The notes under the pieces: generated by a model
Seen by the model: the letters and a program-made list of their open reading frames with translations, nothing else
Told to the model about the DNA's origin: nothing
Databases searched by the model: none
Assembly: GCA_965644315.1 (NCBI GenBank)
Contig: CBFFRQ010000013.1
Span: forward strand, 186,001-250,000
Length of the DNA stretch: 64,000 nucleotides
From: Caecitellus pseudoparvulus
Lineage: Eukaryota; Protista; Bigyra: Bicosoecida
Direction of reading: 5' to 3'
Shown here: in pieces, positions 50,224 to 61,057 of the stretch
Position numbering within the stretch: the first letter of the stretch is position 1
Layout: every line of letters starts with the position of its first letter
Position numbers and translations under genes: made by a program

Positions 50224-50774
50224 CGAATTCCGCACGCTCTCGCGCACAAGAAGACAAGCCCGCTGCGGCGGCCTAGAAACTGCAGCAGCCGGGCTCGGGC
50301 GATTCCGAGTGTGCTAGCATCCATAACCACCTCCCCTTGTTCAAGTTGGGAACCATCAGCCGAAACCTGCCAGTCGTGCCGGCCAAGGCTACTTTCAGCA
50401 CCTGCGGCAGCAACAAGATTTGCTCGTGGTCCTTGGCAAACGTGGCCAACCAATCTGCCACCACGACTCTGGTGACGTGGCCTTGGTTGAAGGTGCTGTT
50501 ATGCTCGATGCGTCGCTTTGCTTCTCCCGCAGGGTAGCATATGGTGGCGAATGAGGGCTGGCACGTGATTCGCACAGAGGGCTCCCGCGAGGAGGGCTCC
50601 ACCCCATGACGTGAGCGACAGAGATTCACTTGCCCCAGCACGCCAAAATACTCATGTATGCGCTACCCACACTCGGATGCTGTGCCATTGGTACTAGCAG
50701 CAGAGATTGCCTCCTTCCACTGAAGCTGCCTCCAAGCGCTTTCAGCTCACGACCTTGCCTTTCGACCGGCAAAC

Positions 50775-52306
50775 ATGGCTGACACCACAGGAATTGTTGT
50801 GGCAGTGGTGGTGGTTGTGCTTCTACTTGTTGTGATCCCGCTGTACTATGCAGTGCAGATTGTTCGCGAGAAGGTGCGTCTTGAGAGGCTGCAGGAAAGC
50901 CAGCGTTATCCCCGCGTTTCACCTGCACTTTGGCAAGGCACTTTACGGGCCCCTGCCGCGTGTGCGCACCCAAACTGCCGCGCCTCTCATAGGAAACCAT
51001 CGTCGTGGAGCGACTGGGGAAGTTTGTGGGGGTGAAAACGGCAGGGTGCCACTTCTTGACCCCTTGCATCGACTGCCCTCGCACGTGCGTCTCGCTCATG
51101 TGCTCGGGCCGCCTTGAAGCCCGAGCCGGAGTTACGTGACTATGCACGCCCATCACGTGCGTCTCTTGCAGGTACTCTGTGCGGTACTTCATCACCAGCA
51201 ACACTGGGCGCCTGGTGCGTGCGGTTGGCCGCCTTGCGCCTTGCGCGCACTTCCGCGCAAGTTCCAGGCTGCACTTCAGCGCTTTGCACTCCCACCGCCC
51301 TGTCCTGTGCAGGAGCTGGTGTCCAAGTCGAACCAAACCCGAGTGTCCATGCAGAATGAAGGTGTGTGGCCTGCGTGGATTCGGCGCAGACGCGCTGCCA
51401 TGCACCGCATTCGCCCGCCCTTGCCACAGTTCTGGACTTTCCCAAGCAGCAAGTCATCACTCGTGACAACGCCATGGTGAGGCCGCCTGCTGGTGTTGTC
51501 ACGCCCCTCCCGTGCCCCACCCTATGCCCCGTTGAGCACCACAGGTGTCTTTGGATGCCCTGCTGAACTACAAGGTGGTGAACGCAAGCGTGAGTTGCGT
51601 CCGGGTCACACCGCGCACGCTCGACCGCGCCTGACGCAGCCTGCTGAGCACTGCTCCGGTCTACCTCTTGCTGCAGGTCATGCTGTACAACACCCAGAAC
51701 TTGCCTCGCATGATGTCCAAGGTCCTCCAGGCCCAGCTGCGTAACGTAGCGGGCAGCCTGGATGTGGATCAACTCATTGAGTCCACAGTCGGCCTGAACC
51801 GGGTTGGCGCTGAGATGAAGCGCATTGCCACTCGCTGGGGCGTGCACGTGGAGTTCGTGAAGATTCAACGCGTGGAGGCAGGCAACCTGTCCCAGGACCT
51901 GGAGAAGAAGAAGAACGCGGACCTGAAGAACAAGGAGGTGCTCATCCAGGCCAAGGCCCAGAAGCAGACTTCCGTCATTGACGCTGAGGGCCAGCGCGAC
52001 AAGATGATTCGCGAGGCAGAAGGAGAGGCTCAAGCCATTCGCTCCCGCGCCCGAGGTGATGCCAAGGCCATTGTCAACCAGGCCCGCGCAGAGGCTGACT
52101 CTGTCAAGGAGATTGCCCGCGCCATCCGGCGCAGTGGCGAGAACCCCACGAAGTACCTGCTCGCGCTGAAGTACATCGAGACCCTACGCGAGATCATGTC
52201 TCGCCCCTCCACCACCATCAAGCTGCTGCCCAAGGAGACGGCCTTCCTCCAAGCCTCCCAAGCGCTCGGCCTCAGCACCGTCAACCCAGGCGGCCGCCGG
52301 GCGTGA
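50775..52306 (+). CDS. SPFH/band-7 stomatin-like (paraslipin/QmcA-type) membrane protein, 334 aa
   Basis: Seven exons (50775-50873, 50993-51084, 51172-51214, 51313-51361, 51430-51476, 51545-51589, 51677-52306) splice in frame. N-terminal TM, IVVERLGKF, LDFPKQQVITRDN, LRNVAGSLDVD, RWGVHV and AEG-rich coiled coil. Confidence 0.88.
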
Positions 52307-52513
52307 AGACCACCCCCCTCCGCAGAACGTGCCCAAAGGTATTCTGCAATGCAGTGCGTTTCTCACTTCTCTCCAGGAACTGTAGCTGCATGCTCGCCGA
52401 CGTGCAGGCAGCTCATTGTTGTCGGCGACTATCGGTCACCGTTGTACACCACGGGCACCATCGCAGTGCAGTTGCGACGCCTATCTGTTTAGCCTCACGC
52501 GGTGCGAGGGGCA

Positions 52514-54858
52514 ATGGAGAGTGTGCAGGACATTGAAAGGATTTGCCGATCCCTCAAGGCGCCGCCAGATGTCCAGCAAGCCATGTAAGCTCAGGTGCCG
52601 TTGCAAGCCGTTGGCAGTCTGCCACACCTTCCCGCTTGACCCAAGCGCCCGCAGAGCAAGACTTGAAGTATCTGGAGATCCCTGTGATGCAAGTTCCATC
52701 ATACGCTGGCTGCTGGCTGAGGCGTCTCAGTTTGTGGCGCAGGCCGTGCTTCAAAGTGTACGTGTGTGGCACACGGCGATTTCCGCACATGGCTGCCTTC
52801 ACGACACTCCGCCGTCCGCGCGCAGAAACGGGCACTGTTCGGAAAGTCTGGGAAGCGCCTTGCGATCGAGTCCATGATAGTGTGTCGGGAGGTCTTGGGG
52901 TTGCAGCTCGCCTTGACGCCTGATCAGTTCATGAAGGCAGGCAGCTTCGTCAAGCGGCGCAGGGAGCTGGTGGTGCAGGTTGCCCGCAGCGTGCAGGCAC
53001 TGCACCGAGAAGGACTCGTGAAGCGAAAGCTGCACTCGAAACACACCAAGGCCTACAGCACGTGCGTGCCGTGCATTGCGCCGCGCGATCCAGCCTGCAT
53101 GCACACTCCGGCACTGTGCACAGGTCTGTCGTGCCCAGGTGCGCGACTCGCCACGACATTCGATCTGAGCGTGCCACTCGACAAAAGGAGGTAAAGACGC
53201 ATCGTCGCGTATCTCCATGGCGTCCAGCGAGTGGGACTTGTGATGGGTGTGGGGGCGCCGTCTGCTCCGCCATCAAGCGTGCTCCACGAAGACGCCACGA
53301 CCCAGAGCGAACCGATCGGCTGTACAGGGGCAAAGCATCCGTGGCTGCTGCAGCGGCACAGCAGCGGCGTGTCAATCCTGAGGCCAGCAAGCCTGCGCTG
53401 GCAGCAGCTCCCTTCAAGCCGCATGTCGGGTGGGATGCTGTCGCGTTAGGGCGGGGTGCCTGGGCTTCTGCTTCGTACACCTTGCACGGTCGACTCGGCG
53501 AGGGGGGTTATGCAGAGCCTCAGCAGGCGCCTGTGCCTTTTCAAGGCAAGCAAGGACACTCCAGGCTGGTGTCACAGCCTCCTGAGCTGCCCCCAGAATT
53601 TGAAGCTGATCCGCTGCTAGCTCGGCTGGGCAGAACGCTTGCAAGTAGTGCTGCAACTTTGGACGCAGGCAAGTACGCTTTGCGGTTCTGGAGGGGCGAA
53701 GCTGGCACATTTGACCGGAATTTGGGAAGGCAACAGGCTGAGTCTGCCGAGCCTGCAACGGATGCTTGCGGCCCTGTGGATGGTGCGAGAAGCTTGTGCG
53801 GGGAAGCGAGGGCGGTTACTTCTGCTGACTGCAGGGCCGACGCAGCCCCGGAGCAGGAAGAGGTGCCCACAGCACCAAAGCAGACACCTCCTCCAGCGGC
53901 TGTCTCTGATGCTTTGAGACAGACGCTATCTGCAGTGTCGGCCGGCATGAGTGGGGCGTTGGCTGGTGTGGCGGATCGACTGGAGGGGCTAAGCAGCCGC
54001 CTTGCTGTCCTGGAGGCGAAGAAGGTCGCCCTGGAGAAGCGAGTGCAGGGCAAAACACAAGATGCAAGCAAGGCAACAGAGTCAGGCACGCATCAGACCC
54101 GCGCACAGAGCGCTGACACTGGGATCGCTGCAGACAGCAGTCGCAGCCGTGAGAGCAAGGCTGGCACGGAGCCGGGAAACACCGCAGAGCCGAAGGAGGC
54201 ATTGGGCTCACACCCGTCAACGCCATCTGATGCCGCTGTTCCTTTGTCGCAAATTGCCACTGCGATGGATGAAGCTGCAGTACGGTGCCCCCAGCGCCAG
54301 CTCGTGACGCACCTGCCAGACGGATTCTTGGACTCGGCTGCCTGCGCTCATGAGGTGTCAGAACAGGAGGGGGGGCCAAGCACCACCAAGGACATGCCTG
54401 TTGGCAAACTTGGTGGGGTGTACTCCACCCACCTGCAGCAGTTACTGCGAGCAGGCACAACAGACTACGTTGCGGGAGCACTGGCTTCCAAATGGTCGGC
54501 AGCCTCCGTGCCACCCCCAACACCGTTGGAGCCAAAACCATCTACCAAGCCGCGCCAAGGTTCAGAGGAGCTGGAGGAGCAATTTGCGGCAGCCAGGGCA
54601 AGCTTGCACCGCGCTGAGGCACGACACACGAAGGAGTGGCTTGCATTTTCACAGTCAGATCCGCAGGGGCAAACGCAGGAGCTGCGGGAGGAGACTGATT
54701 TGGAGTCCAAAGACGGCAGTGACAGCACTGAGCCTGCACCTGCAGTGGAAGGGGGTGTCACAGAGGAGCAAGAGGCACAGGCAGGCGCCTGGGCGGAGCC
54801 GGCACTAGAGGGCAAACACTCTGACTCTGCTGGCAGTGTGCTAAACTTCTGGGGGTGA
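52514..54858 (+). CDS. CEP44: CEP44-like centriolar protein with long low-complexity/coiled-coil C-terminus
   Basis: Spliced N-terminus GDPCDASSIIRWLL..KRALFGKSGKRLAIESMIVCREVLGLQLALTPDQFMKAGSFVKRRRELVVQVA resembles the CEP44 domain. Introns 52585-52654, 52758-52825, 53062-53123. Downstream exon structure uncertain. Confidence 0.62.
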
Positions 54859-54867
54859 TGCTCCACC

Positions 54868-57168
54868 TCAGCGCTTCTTTTTGCCGCCCCGCTTGCCCCT
54901 GCGCTTCTTCTTGCCATCTGCCTTGCCGCTCTGCACGGGCATGGCGGCCGCCACTGCCATGGCTTGGCGCAGCTGCGCCTCCACGTCGCCAGCAGGGCGG
55001 AAGGTCTCAGCCCACTCCTGCACATCCACATCAGCGGGCAGGGGTGGCGTAGCCAATTTGGCCATGAGCTTGCCCGCTGCCTTCGCGTTGGCTGGCGTAA
55101 AGCCTGCCGCGGCGGGGGGCGCTTGCCCGGAGGCTGCCTCAGACTCGGCTGGCTTGGGTTCGCTGGCAATGACGAGCTGGTTCACGCTGCTCTCGTCGTC
55201 AATGCACTGGTACACGCGGGAAAAGGTGGTCTCCAGGGCAGCTTGGATGGCGTTGAAGCCTTGCGTCGTGCGGGACGCGACGTTCACCAGCATGACGCCG
55301 CCCGGCAGGAGACGGCGGGCAGCCCCCTGCAGCACGTCCTGCTCCAGGAAGGCGGGGGGCGGGAAGGACACGCCAGATGCGAGGTCCTTGCTGTCCACGT
55401 CCAAAATGACAGCGTGCACCTTCTCCCCGGCGGGGTCCTTGAGCACTGCCACGCCATCTGCCTGGGTCAAGGTGGTGGTTGGGCCTGTCGCGAAGCCGAA
55501 GTGCTTCTCGGCCATGCTCACGACAGCAGGGCTGATTTCCACACTCTCCACCGCCATGAAGGGGTAGTGCTTGGCCAAGAACATAGGCAGGCCGCCGCCG
55601 CCCAGCCCCACAAGGAGCACCTTGAAGGCCTGAGGCCCGGCGCCGGCGCCGCCCTCGGCCTTGGCCAGGGCTGTGGAGGCGGTGAGCAGGGGCCGCGTCA
55701 CGAGTCCCAGCGCACCAGCCATGGCCGCATGGAACTCAAAGGCCAGGAAGCTGTGGTCCACGGGCAACTCGCCGGGGCCGACAGGCGTGTCAGCGGGTGC
55801 CGCCGCCAGCCGCCCCTCTGTCTGCACTGCCGCCTGGTTGCTGCTGAACACCATGCGCCGCGCAGAGGGGGCTGGCGCAGACGCATCCTCCCACACATCT
55901 TCGATAATGGCCACTTGGCCGTCCTCCAGCGTAATGCGCTCCACCTCCTCCCGGCGCCCCAAGTCGCTGGCTACTGCCAAGAAGGGCATTGGGCCCGACG
56001 CACCTTCCAGCGCCAGCTGCCCCATCGTCGGGCTCAGCTCTGCTTGCACCTCCGCAACTTCGCCAAAGGTGTGCCCACGGCCCAGGGTGACGAAGACGAG
56101 GCGGGAGTAGCCCTGCCCCTCCGCCAGCTGCAGGCGCCCGTTGTCAGAGGCGAACACCCACTCCACTTCGCGCCCCTGAGGCACCAGCAGCACGCCACAG
56201 GACTTGCCTTTCACAGCCGTGTCCACGACTGCCACCCTGAAGCGGGGCTCGTCGGCTGTGGCAGCCGCAGAGGCGCCTGGGGTCACCACACCGCTGCCCT
56301 GAGCGGGGACATCGAACACCACCACTCGCCCCGGGCTGACGCGCTGCAGGTCCCCCAAGGACTTGAACTTCCACTGCACGTCGTGCACCGTCGCGGTCAG
56401 GGATGGCAGGCCCTGCCCCGCCAGGTCCCCCTGCAGCCAGGCCTGCAGTTCAGGCGGGCAGGCGCCCGAGGCGACTGGGGCGGGCAGGGTGGCAGCCTGC
56501 ACGAGGTCCGTCCCGGAGCCCTTGCGGAAGAGGGCCAGGAAGGGGCACAGGGCGGACACGGAGTCTGCCGGCTGGAAGGGAACGAGGAGGCCTTGGGCCC
56601 CTGGCATGCCGGCCAGGAGCGCCCCGAGCACGTGGTCTTGCAGCAGGGACACACAGGCGTACACGCCGCCAGGCCGCAGCATGCGGTTCACTTCCCGGAA
56701 CAGGCGGGAGACGTCAGCCATGACGGCCTTGCTGTCGTCGGCGGCCAGGGCATCCAGAGCGCCCTTGTCCACGACCACATCGAAGGCTGCGTCGGGCAGG
56801 CCAGAGTCCAGCATGTCAGCCACGTGCCAGGTCATGCCGGGGCGAGCGCTGTTGCGCTTGGCCATGGCGGCGATGACTTCCTCCGAGAAGTCAATGTTGG
56901 TGATGTCCTCCAGGCCGTCGTCGTACATGTCTGCCGACAGCTCACTGTTGCCGCAGCCGATCATGAGCACCTTGGCAGCGCCAGGCCCAGCTGTGACCTT
57001 GCTGGCCACTGGCTGCACCATGCCCCTCAAGTCCTTCCACTCGCCATACCACTCAAACGCAGACTTGCGCTGCTTGAAGAATGACTCCCAATATTCCTTG
57101 CTCCGAAACTCCTGCTTCTGGGACGGCAGGAGCTTGCCTGCGGCAGGCTTTGCCTCAGCGGCAGCCAT
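54868..57168 (-). CDS. METTL13: eEF1A lysine and N-terminal methyltransferase (METTL13)
   Basis: N-terminal MTase (EFRSKEYWESFF, FEWYG, IGCGNS, VDKGALDAL), VPQGREVEWVF, and second spermidine-synthase-like MTase (VGLGGGGLP, DVDSKD..SFPP). Confidence 0.92.
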   Translation of the reverse strand: MAAAEAKPAAGKLLPSQKQEFRSKEYWESFFKQRKSAFEWYGEWKDLRGMVQPVASKVTAGPGAAKVLMIGCGNSELSADMYDDGLEDITNIDFSEEVIAAMAKRNSARPGMTWHVADMLDSGLPDAAFDVVVDKGALDALAADDSKAVMADVSRLFREVNRMLRPGGVYACVSLLQDHVLGALLAGMPGAQGLLVPFQPADSVSALCPFLALFRKGSGTDLVQAATLPAPVASGACPPELQAWLQGDLAGQGLPSLTATVHDVQWKFKSLGDLQRVSPGRVVVFDVPAQGSGVVTPGASAAATADEPRFRVAVVDTAVKGKSCGVLLVPQGREVEWVFASDNGRLQLAEGQGYSRLVFVTLGRGHTFGEVAEVQAELSPTMGQLALEGASGPMPFLAVASDLGRREEVERITLEDGQVAIIEDVWEDASAPAPSARRMVFSSNQAAVQTEGRLAAAPADTPVGPGELPVDHSFLAFEFHAAMAGALGLVTRPLLTASTALAKAEGGAGAGPQAFKVLLVGLGGGGLPMFLAKHYPFMAVESVEISPAVVSMAEKHFGFATGPTTTLTQADGVAVLKDPAGEKVHAVILDVDSKDLASGVSFPPPAFLEQDVLQGAARRLLPGGVMLVNVASRTTQGFNAIQAALETTFSRVYQCIDDESSVNQLVIASEPKPAESEAASGQAPPAAAGFTPANAKAAGKLMAKLATPPLPADVDVQEWAETFRPAGDVEAQLRQAMAVAAAMPVQSGKADGKKKRRGKRGGKKKR

Positions 57169-57378
57169 GTTCAATTTCCGCTCCGAAAGTGATGCCCGCG
57201 TGCCCAGGCTCGGCGCCAAACGCAACGCTGCAGGGGACGGCTGTTTCTGAGCATGTATCATACGGGGAGGAGGGCAGGCGCGACCGTGTTTGGTTTGTGT
57301 ATTGTACTGTGCGGAGTGCACGCTCGAGACAGCGCACAGCAGAACAGGGTCGCGGCAAAACGCCTGAGAGGGAGAGCT

Positions 57379-59155
57379 TTACAAGTCCACTACCTCAGGA
57401 GCATCTGCTGCCGCCTTGCTCGCCGTGTCACCTCCCTCCACAGGCGCGGTAGGGGCGGGAGGAGGTGTCGCGCTATCCCCGGCAGCTGTCGCTGCCGTGG
57501 CCGCTGCAGCGGGCGCCGGCGCTGGCACGCTGCCACCCGTGGCAGGGCCCGGCAGGCCGCCCAGCTCCACGGGGACGGCCTTGCCCTGCAGGACAGCCTG
57601 GGCGCGGGCCAGCATGGTGGCTTGGTCCAGGCCTGCGTCGTGCAGCAGGGTGGTCCACACCTGCTGCGTGCGCTCGCCCGACGCAATGCCCAGGGTGGCG
57701 TACTGTCCCAGCATAGCCTTGATGTTGTCCAGACGTGCCTGGCAGTTGCGCTGCGCTTCATAGTTCAGCAGGCCCTTGGTGATGTCCGCCACGCGCTCCT
57801 GCATGCGCTGGGTGATGGAGCAGGCCTCCACCACGCGGGGGCGCAGCTTGGCCAGCGCTTCATCCTTGCCCTTCTCCTTCAGCTGCTTCTCCTCGAACTG
57901 CAGCTTGTCCTGGGCCTTGAAAGCACTGGTGGCCTCTGCCTCAGCGGCCCGGCGCACCTCCAGCAAGGCCTGCAGGGCCCCCACGCTGCGCTGCTCCTGC
58001 CGCAGGGCATGCACGATGAACTTGTCCAGCTCGTTGGGTGCGAAGTGCGCCAGCTCCTCCACCTCGTGGAAAGCCTTCGCGCCCAGCACCAGCTGCTCGT
58101 GTAGGTCTGCGGTGGCGGCCTTGCTAGGGGTCAGCGTCTCGCTCATGGAGCTGCCCACGGAGTCAGCGGTGTCTGCAAAGCCCTTGAGGCTGCGTTGCAG
58201 GTCGGCCATGCTGGCATCCAGACGGGAGGCGGCGTCGTGGTACACCTCCACGGCGCTGAGGGTGCTCTCCAGCGTCTGATCCAGCTTGGCCACCATGCTC
58301 TCCAGCTCAGACACCGCTGCAGGGTGGTCCTCAGGCAGGGGGTAGGAGCGCAAGACGCCGAACCAGCGGGCCAGGCCAATGTTCTCGGCGGGGTTGGCAC
58401 CGCCGCCACCCTGGTTCACCGCCTTCTTCACCTGGTCAAACTCGGTGCTGTTCACAGTGGTCAGGAAGGCCTTCAGCGTCGTGTCGCTGCGCAGGTAGGG
58501 GTTGCCCACCACCTCCACCAGCCACTTGTGCAGACCCTCCATGCGCTCCGCGATGAATGTTGCGTCGCTGTTGTTCACAGCTCGCTTAGGTGGCAGCAAG
58601 GGAATGGCCATCCCATGAAAGCGCACCACCAGCACGTCCCGCATCCAGTCAAAATCGCTGTGGGCAAGCGCAGGCAGGAGGTGCCACACACACGCAGCCC
58701 AGGTGAGCTGCTGCCAGGCGACACGACACTCACCTGAAGCGACGACGGCACGAGTGGGTCTCTGGGCCCATCACAGATGTGATCAAGTACGTTGTCCAAG
58801 ACCGGAACATGCTGCCCTCCTGCTTGGGGTCAGACACCTGCAGCCAGGGGCGGGGTATGTCTGGGTGGTGCACTGCACCAGCGCGGGCTCCTGACCGCCC
58901 AGCCTGGCACAAGCCTGTCCCTGCAACGCACCACAACGTCGAAGTGCTCGCCAAGGACAGAGGTCTGCCATTCCTTCTCGGTTGTCCAGAAGGACTCGGC
59001 GCTCACTCCAACAACCGATGCGCCAGCGTTCACGACGTCAAAGCTATCGCTCTCTGCGGGAATTGCAGCAGGAGTTGTGTGCAGAGCTTGGGACAGAATC
59101 TGCCCCATGTGTGCTGGGCGGAAACGAAGCACGGCCCCGCACCTTGTGCTGCCAT
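57379..59155 (-). CDS. PX-BAR sorting nexin (Vps5/SNX1/2-like)
   Basis: PX domain VSDPKQ..TTYLITS..RRRFS|DFDWMR..IPLLPPK..FIAERMEGL followed by helical BAR region. Introns 59054-59142, 58838-58931, 58658-58733. Phase-compatible start MAAQ|ESDSF at 59155. Confidence 0.85.
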
Positions 59156-59217
59156 TGTCAGATGTTAGCTGGGGAAGGCCTTGGTTCAATGACTCGAAGC
59201 CCCTCGCCGGTGTGTGG

Positions 59218-59243
59218 CTGCTGCTGCTGCTGCTGCTGCTGCT
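59218..59243. repeat. (CTG)n/(CAG)n microsatellite, about 8 units, upstream of the sorting nexin start
   Basis: Directly visible ctgctgctgctgctgctgctgctgct. Confidence 0.85.
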
Positions 59244-59752
59244 TCGAAGCGCTAAGTCACCTGGCTGCGGTACTGCGCTGGGGATGCAGCGGACGGGGGT
59301 CTGGCTGCTGAGCGTGGCAGAGGTGAGGAATTGTTTGGGGATTGTAGGTGGAGTGGCTGTGGCCATAGTTTGTACCTCTTGCGGGCTTTGTGGAGGGGAC
59401 CACAGAATCGCAAGGGAGACGATGAGCAATCGAGGCAAGCCGCCGCGCGTTCCAAGCACATTCGCAGCCAAAACAAAGTGCAGAAAGGAATACGAAGACG
59501 CAGGGGTTGACCCCGAGCACTCGAACCGCTGCCATGCCTTACCGTGGCGCGGTCTTCTTCCATGGGTGGAGAGCAGTGGCCAAGCTGGCCATCACAAACG
59601 TGGCCGCAAAAACAATTCCAAAACACTCCCACAGTCATGCACGTCATGTTGTACCACTAGTTGCTTTGTCCTTTGCCTGCGGACAAGCGCCCAACAAGGC
59701 TGGCCCACCGTGCGCCAGTGGATCTTTTGCTCGGCACCTACGGCAGTCCACC

Positions 59753-61057
59753 ATGAACTCTGAGGAGGAGGCGTTCTTCTTCTCCGACGAGGAAGGAGGG
59801 GGAGGCGACGATGAAAGTGATTTTGACATGAGTGGAGCTGGCTCTGAGTCTGAGGACGACTTCCAACTTGACGATGAAGTACGCGGCCCACAGCATGCGT
59901 TTCGAGCGCGAAACTCCACCTGCTGGTCGCCCCTGTTTGAGCGCAGGACTTCGAGGAGGAAAAGCCAAAGCCGAAGAAGAAGGCCGCCCCCAAGAAACAA
60001 GCTGCAAAGGCAAAGCCTGCGCCGAAGAAGAAGTCCCCTGCCAAGAAGGCAGCTCCCAAGAAAGCCATCGCAGCAAGTGCTGGGAGTGGAGATGGCGAGG
60101 AAGACCAAGACGACGATGACGCATCCAGCGCCGTCCCACCCAGCCCAGCCAGCAGCCGGGTGACGGCATCATCCAGTGCCACACGAGGTGCGTCAGGCCT
60201 TGCTGAAAACGCATAAGAGCGCCCCTGAGCAGTGTGGCACTGCCTTTTGTTCACAAGCACACAGGCACCAAGCGGCGAGCGTCTGCCTCGCCAGCGGGAA
60301 GTGCTGCCAAGAAGAAGGCGACAGGCAAGAAAGGAGGGAAGGGCAGCGTGAAGGAGAAGGACGGTGAGGCACTCCGCATTTGCGTGCCCTGCCTGCGTTG
60401 CGCCGCACGGAACCGCTGCACTCCTCCACAGCTCCTCCCGTCGTGGTGGATTACTTGAACAGCACCAACCGGCCATACAGCACTATCAACGTGTACGACA
60501 ATCTACATGGAGCTGTTGCAAAGACGGCCCTGCAGCGGGTGCTGGACAAGTGTGCAGCAGAGGGCAAGATCAACATGAAGGTGTGCGGCAAGAGCAAGGT
60601 GTACTGGGCGCTGCAGGACCAGTACGGCGAAGTCACACCAGAGGACTTGAAGACTTTGCAGGCGGAAGTGGCAGACCTGACGGCCCGGGGCAAGGCTGCG
60701 GCGGCTGAGCGTGGTGGATTGTCAGCCGAGCGGGATGCCCTGGCAGCCCAGCCTTCGGATGCAGGGCTGGAGGAGGCACTGGCAACGACCAAAGCCGAAG
60801 TGGAGGCTCTACAGGCTTCCTTCGACGCAGCTGTGGCTGCAGCTGATGGAGTGGTGGTCAGCGCTGCCGACCGTGAGGCGCTCCTGGCCAAGGGTCGCGC
60901 GTACCGAAAGCAGTGGTCCAAGCTGCGTGGTGCCGTGCTGGAGGTGGTGGGGCGCATGGGGGAAGGCATGAACAAGAGCAACAAGCAGCTGTTCGACACC
61001 ATTGGCTTGGAGACGGACGAGGAGTACGGCGTGGACATCAAGACCCTGAAGTTCTAA
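59753..61057 (+). CDS. HOP2: HOP2/TBPIP meiotic recombination factor with N-terminal acidic and Lys/Ala/Pro-rich extension, 363 aa
   Basis: Winged helix VVDYLNSTNRPYSTINVYDNL..KVCGKSKVYWALQD, coiled coil and KQWSKLR..IGLETDE. Exons 59753-59878, 59947-60187, 60265-60363, 60432-61057 splice in frame. Confidence 0.85.

Noticed and set aside
50224-50774. Possible small gene (minus ORF 50273-50641) between GNPTAB and SPFH
   Set aside because: No convincing ATG or splice model and no recognisable motif.
32015-57168. RNF25 and METTL13 both act on eEF1A, suggesting a functional cluster
   Set aside because: More than 20 kb apart with unrelated genes between; consistent with chance.
59156-59752. ORFs 58792-59763 (+) and 58830-59471 (-), and a possible spliced MEEDRAT mini-exon at 59543-59563
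   Set aside because: The mini-exon is out of phase with the sorting nexin exons, whereas ATG 59155 fits. At most an unproven uORF or 5'UTR intron. No domain or transposon signature.
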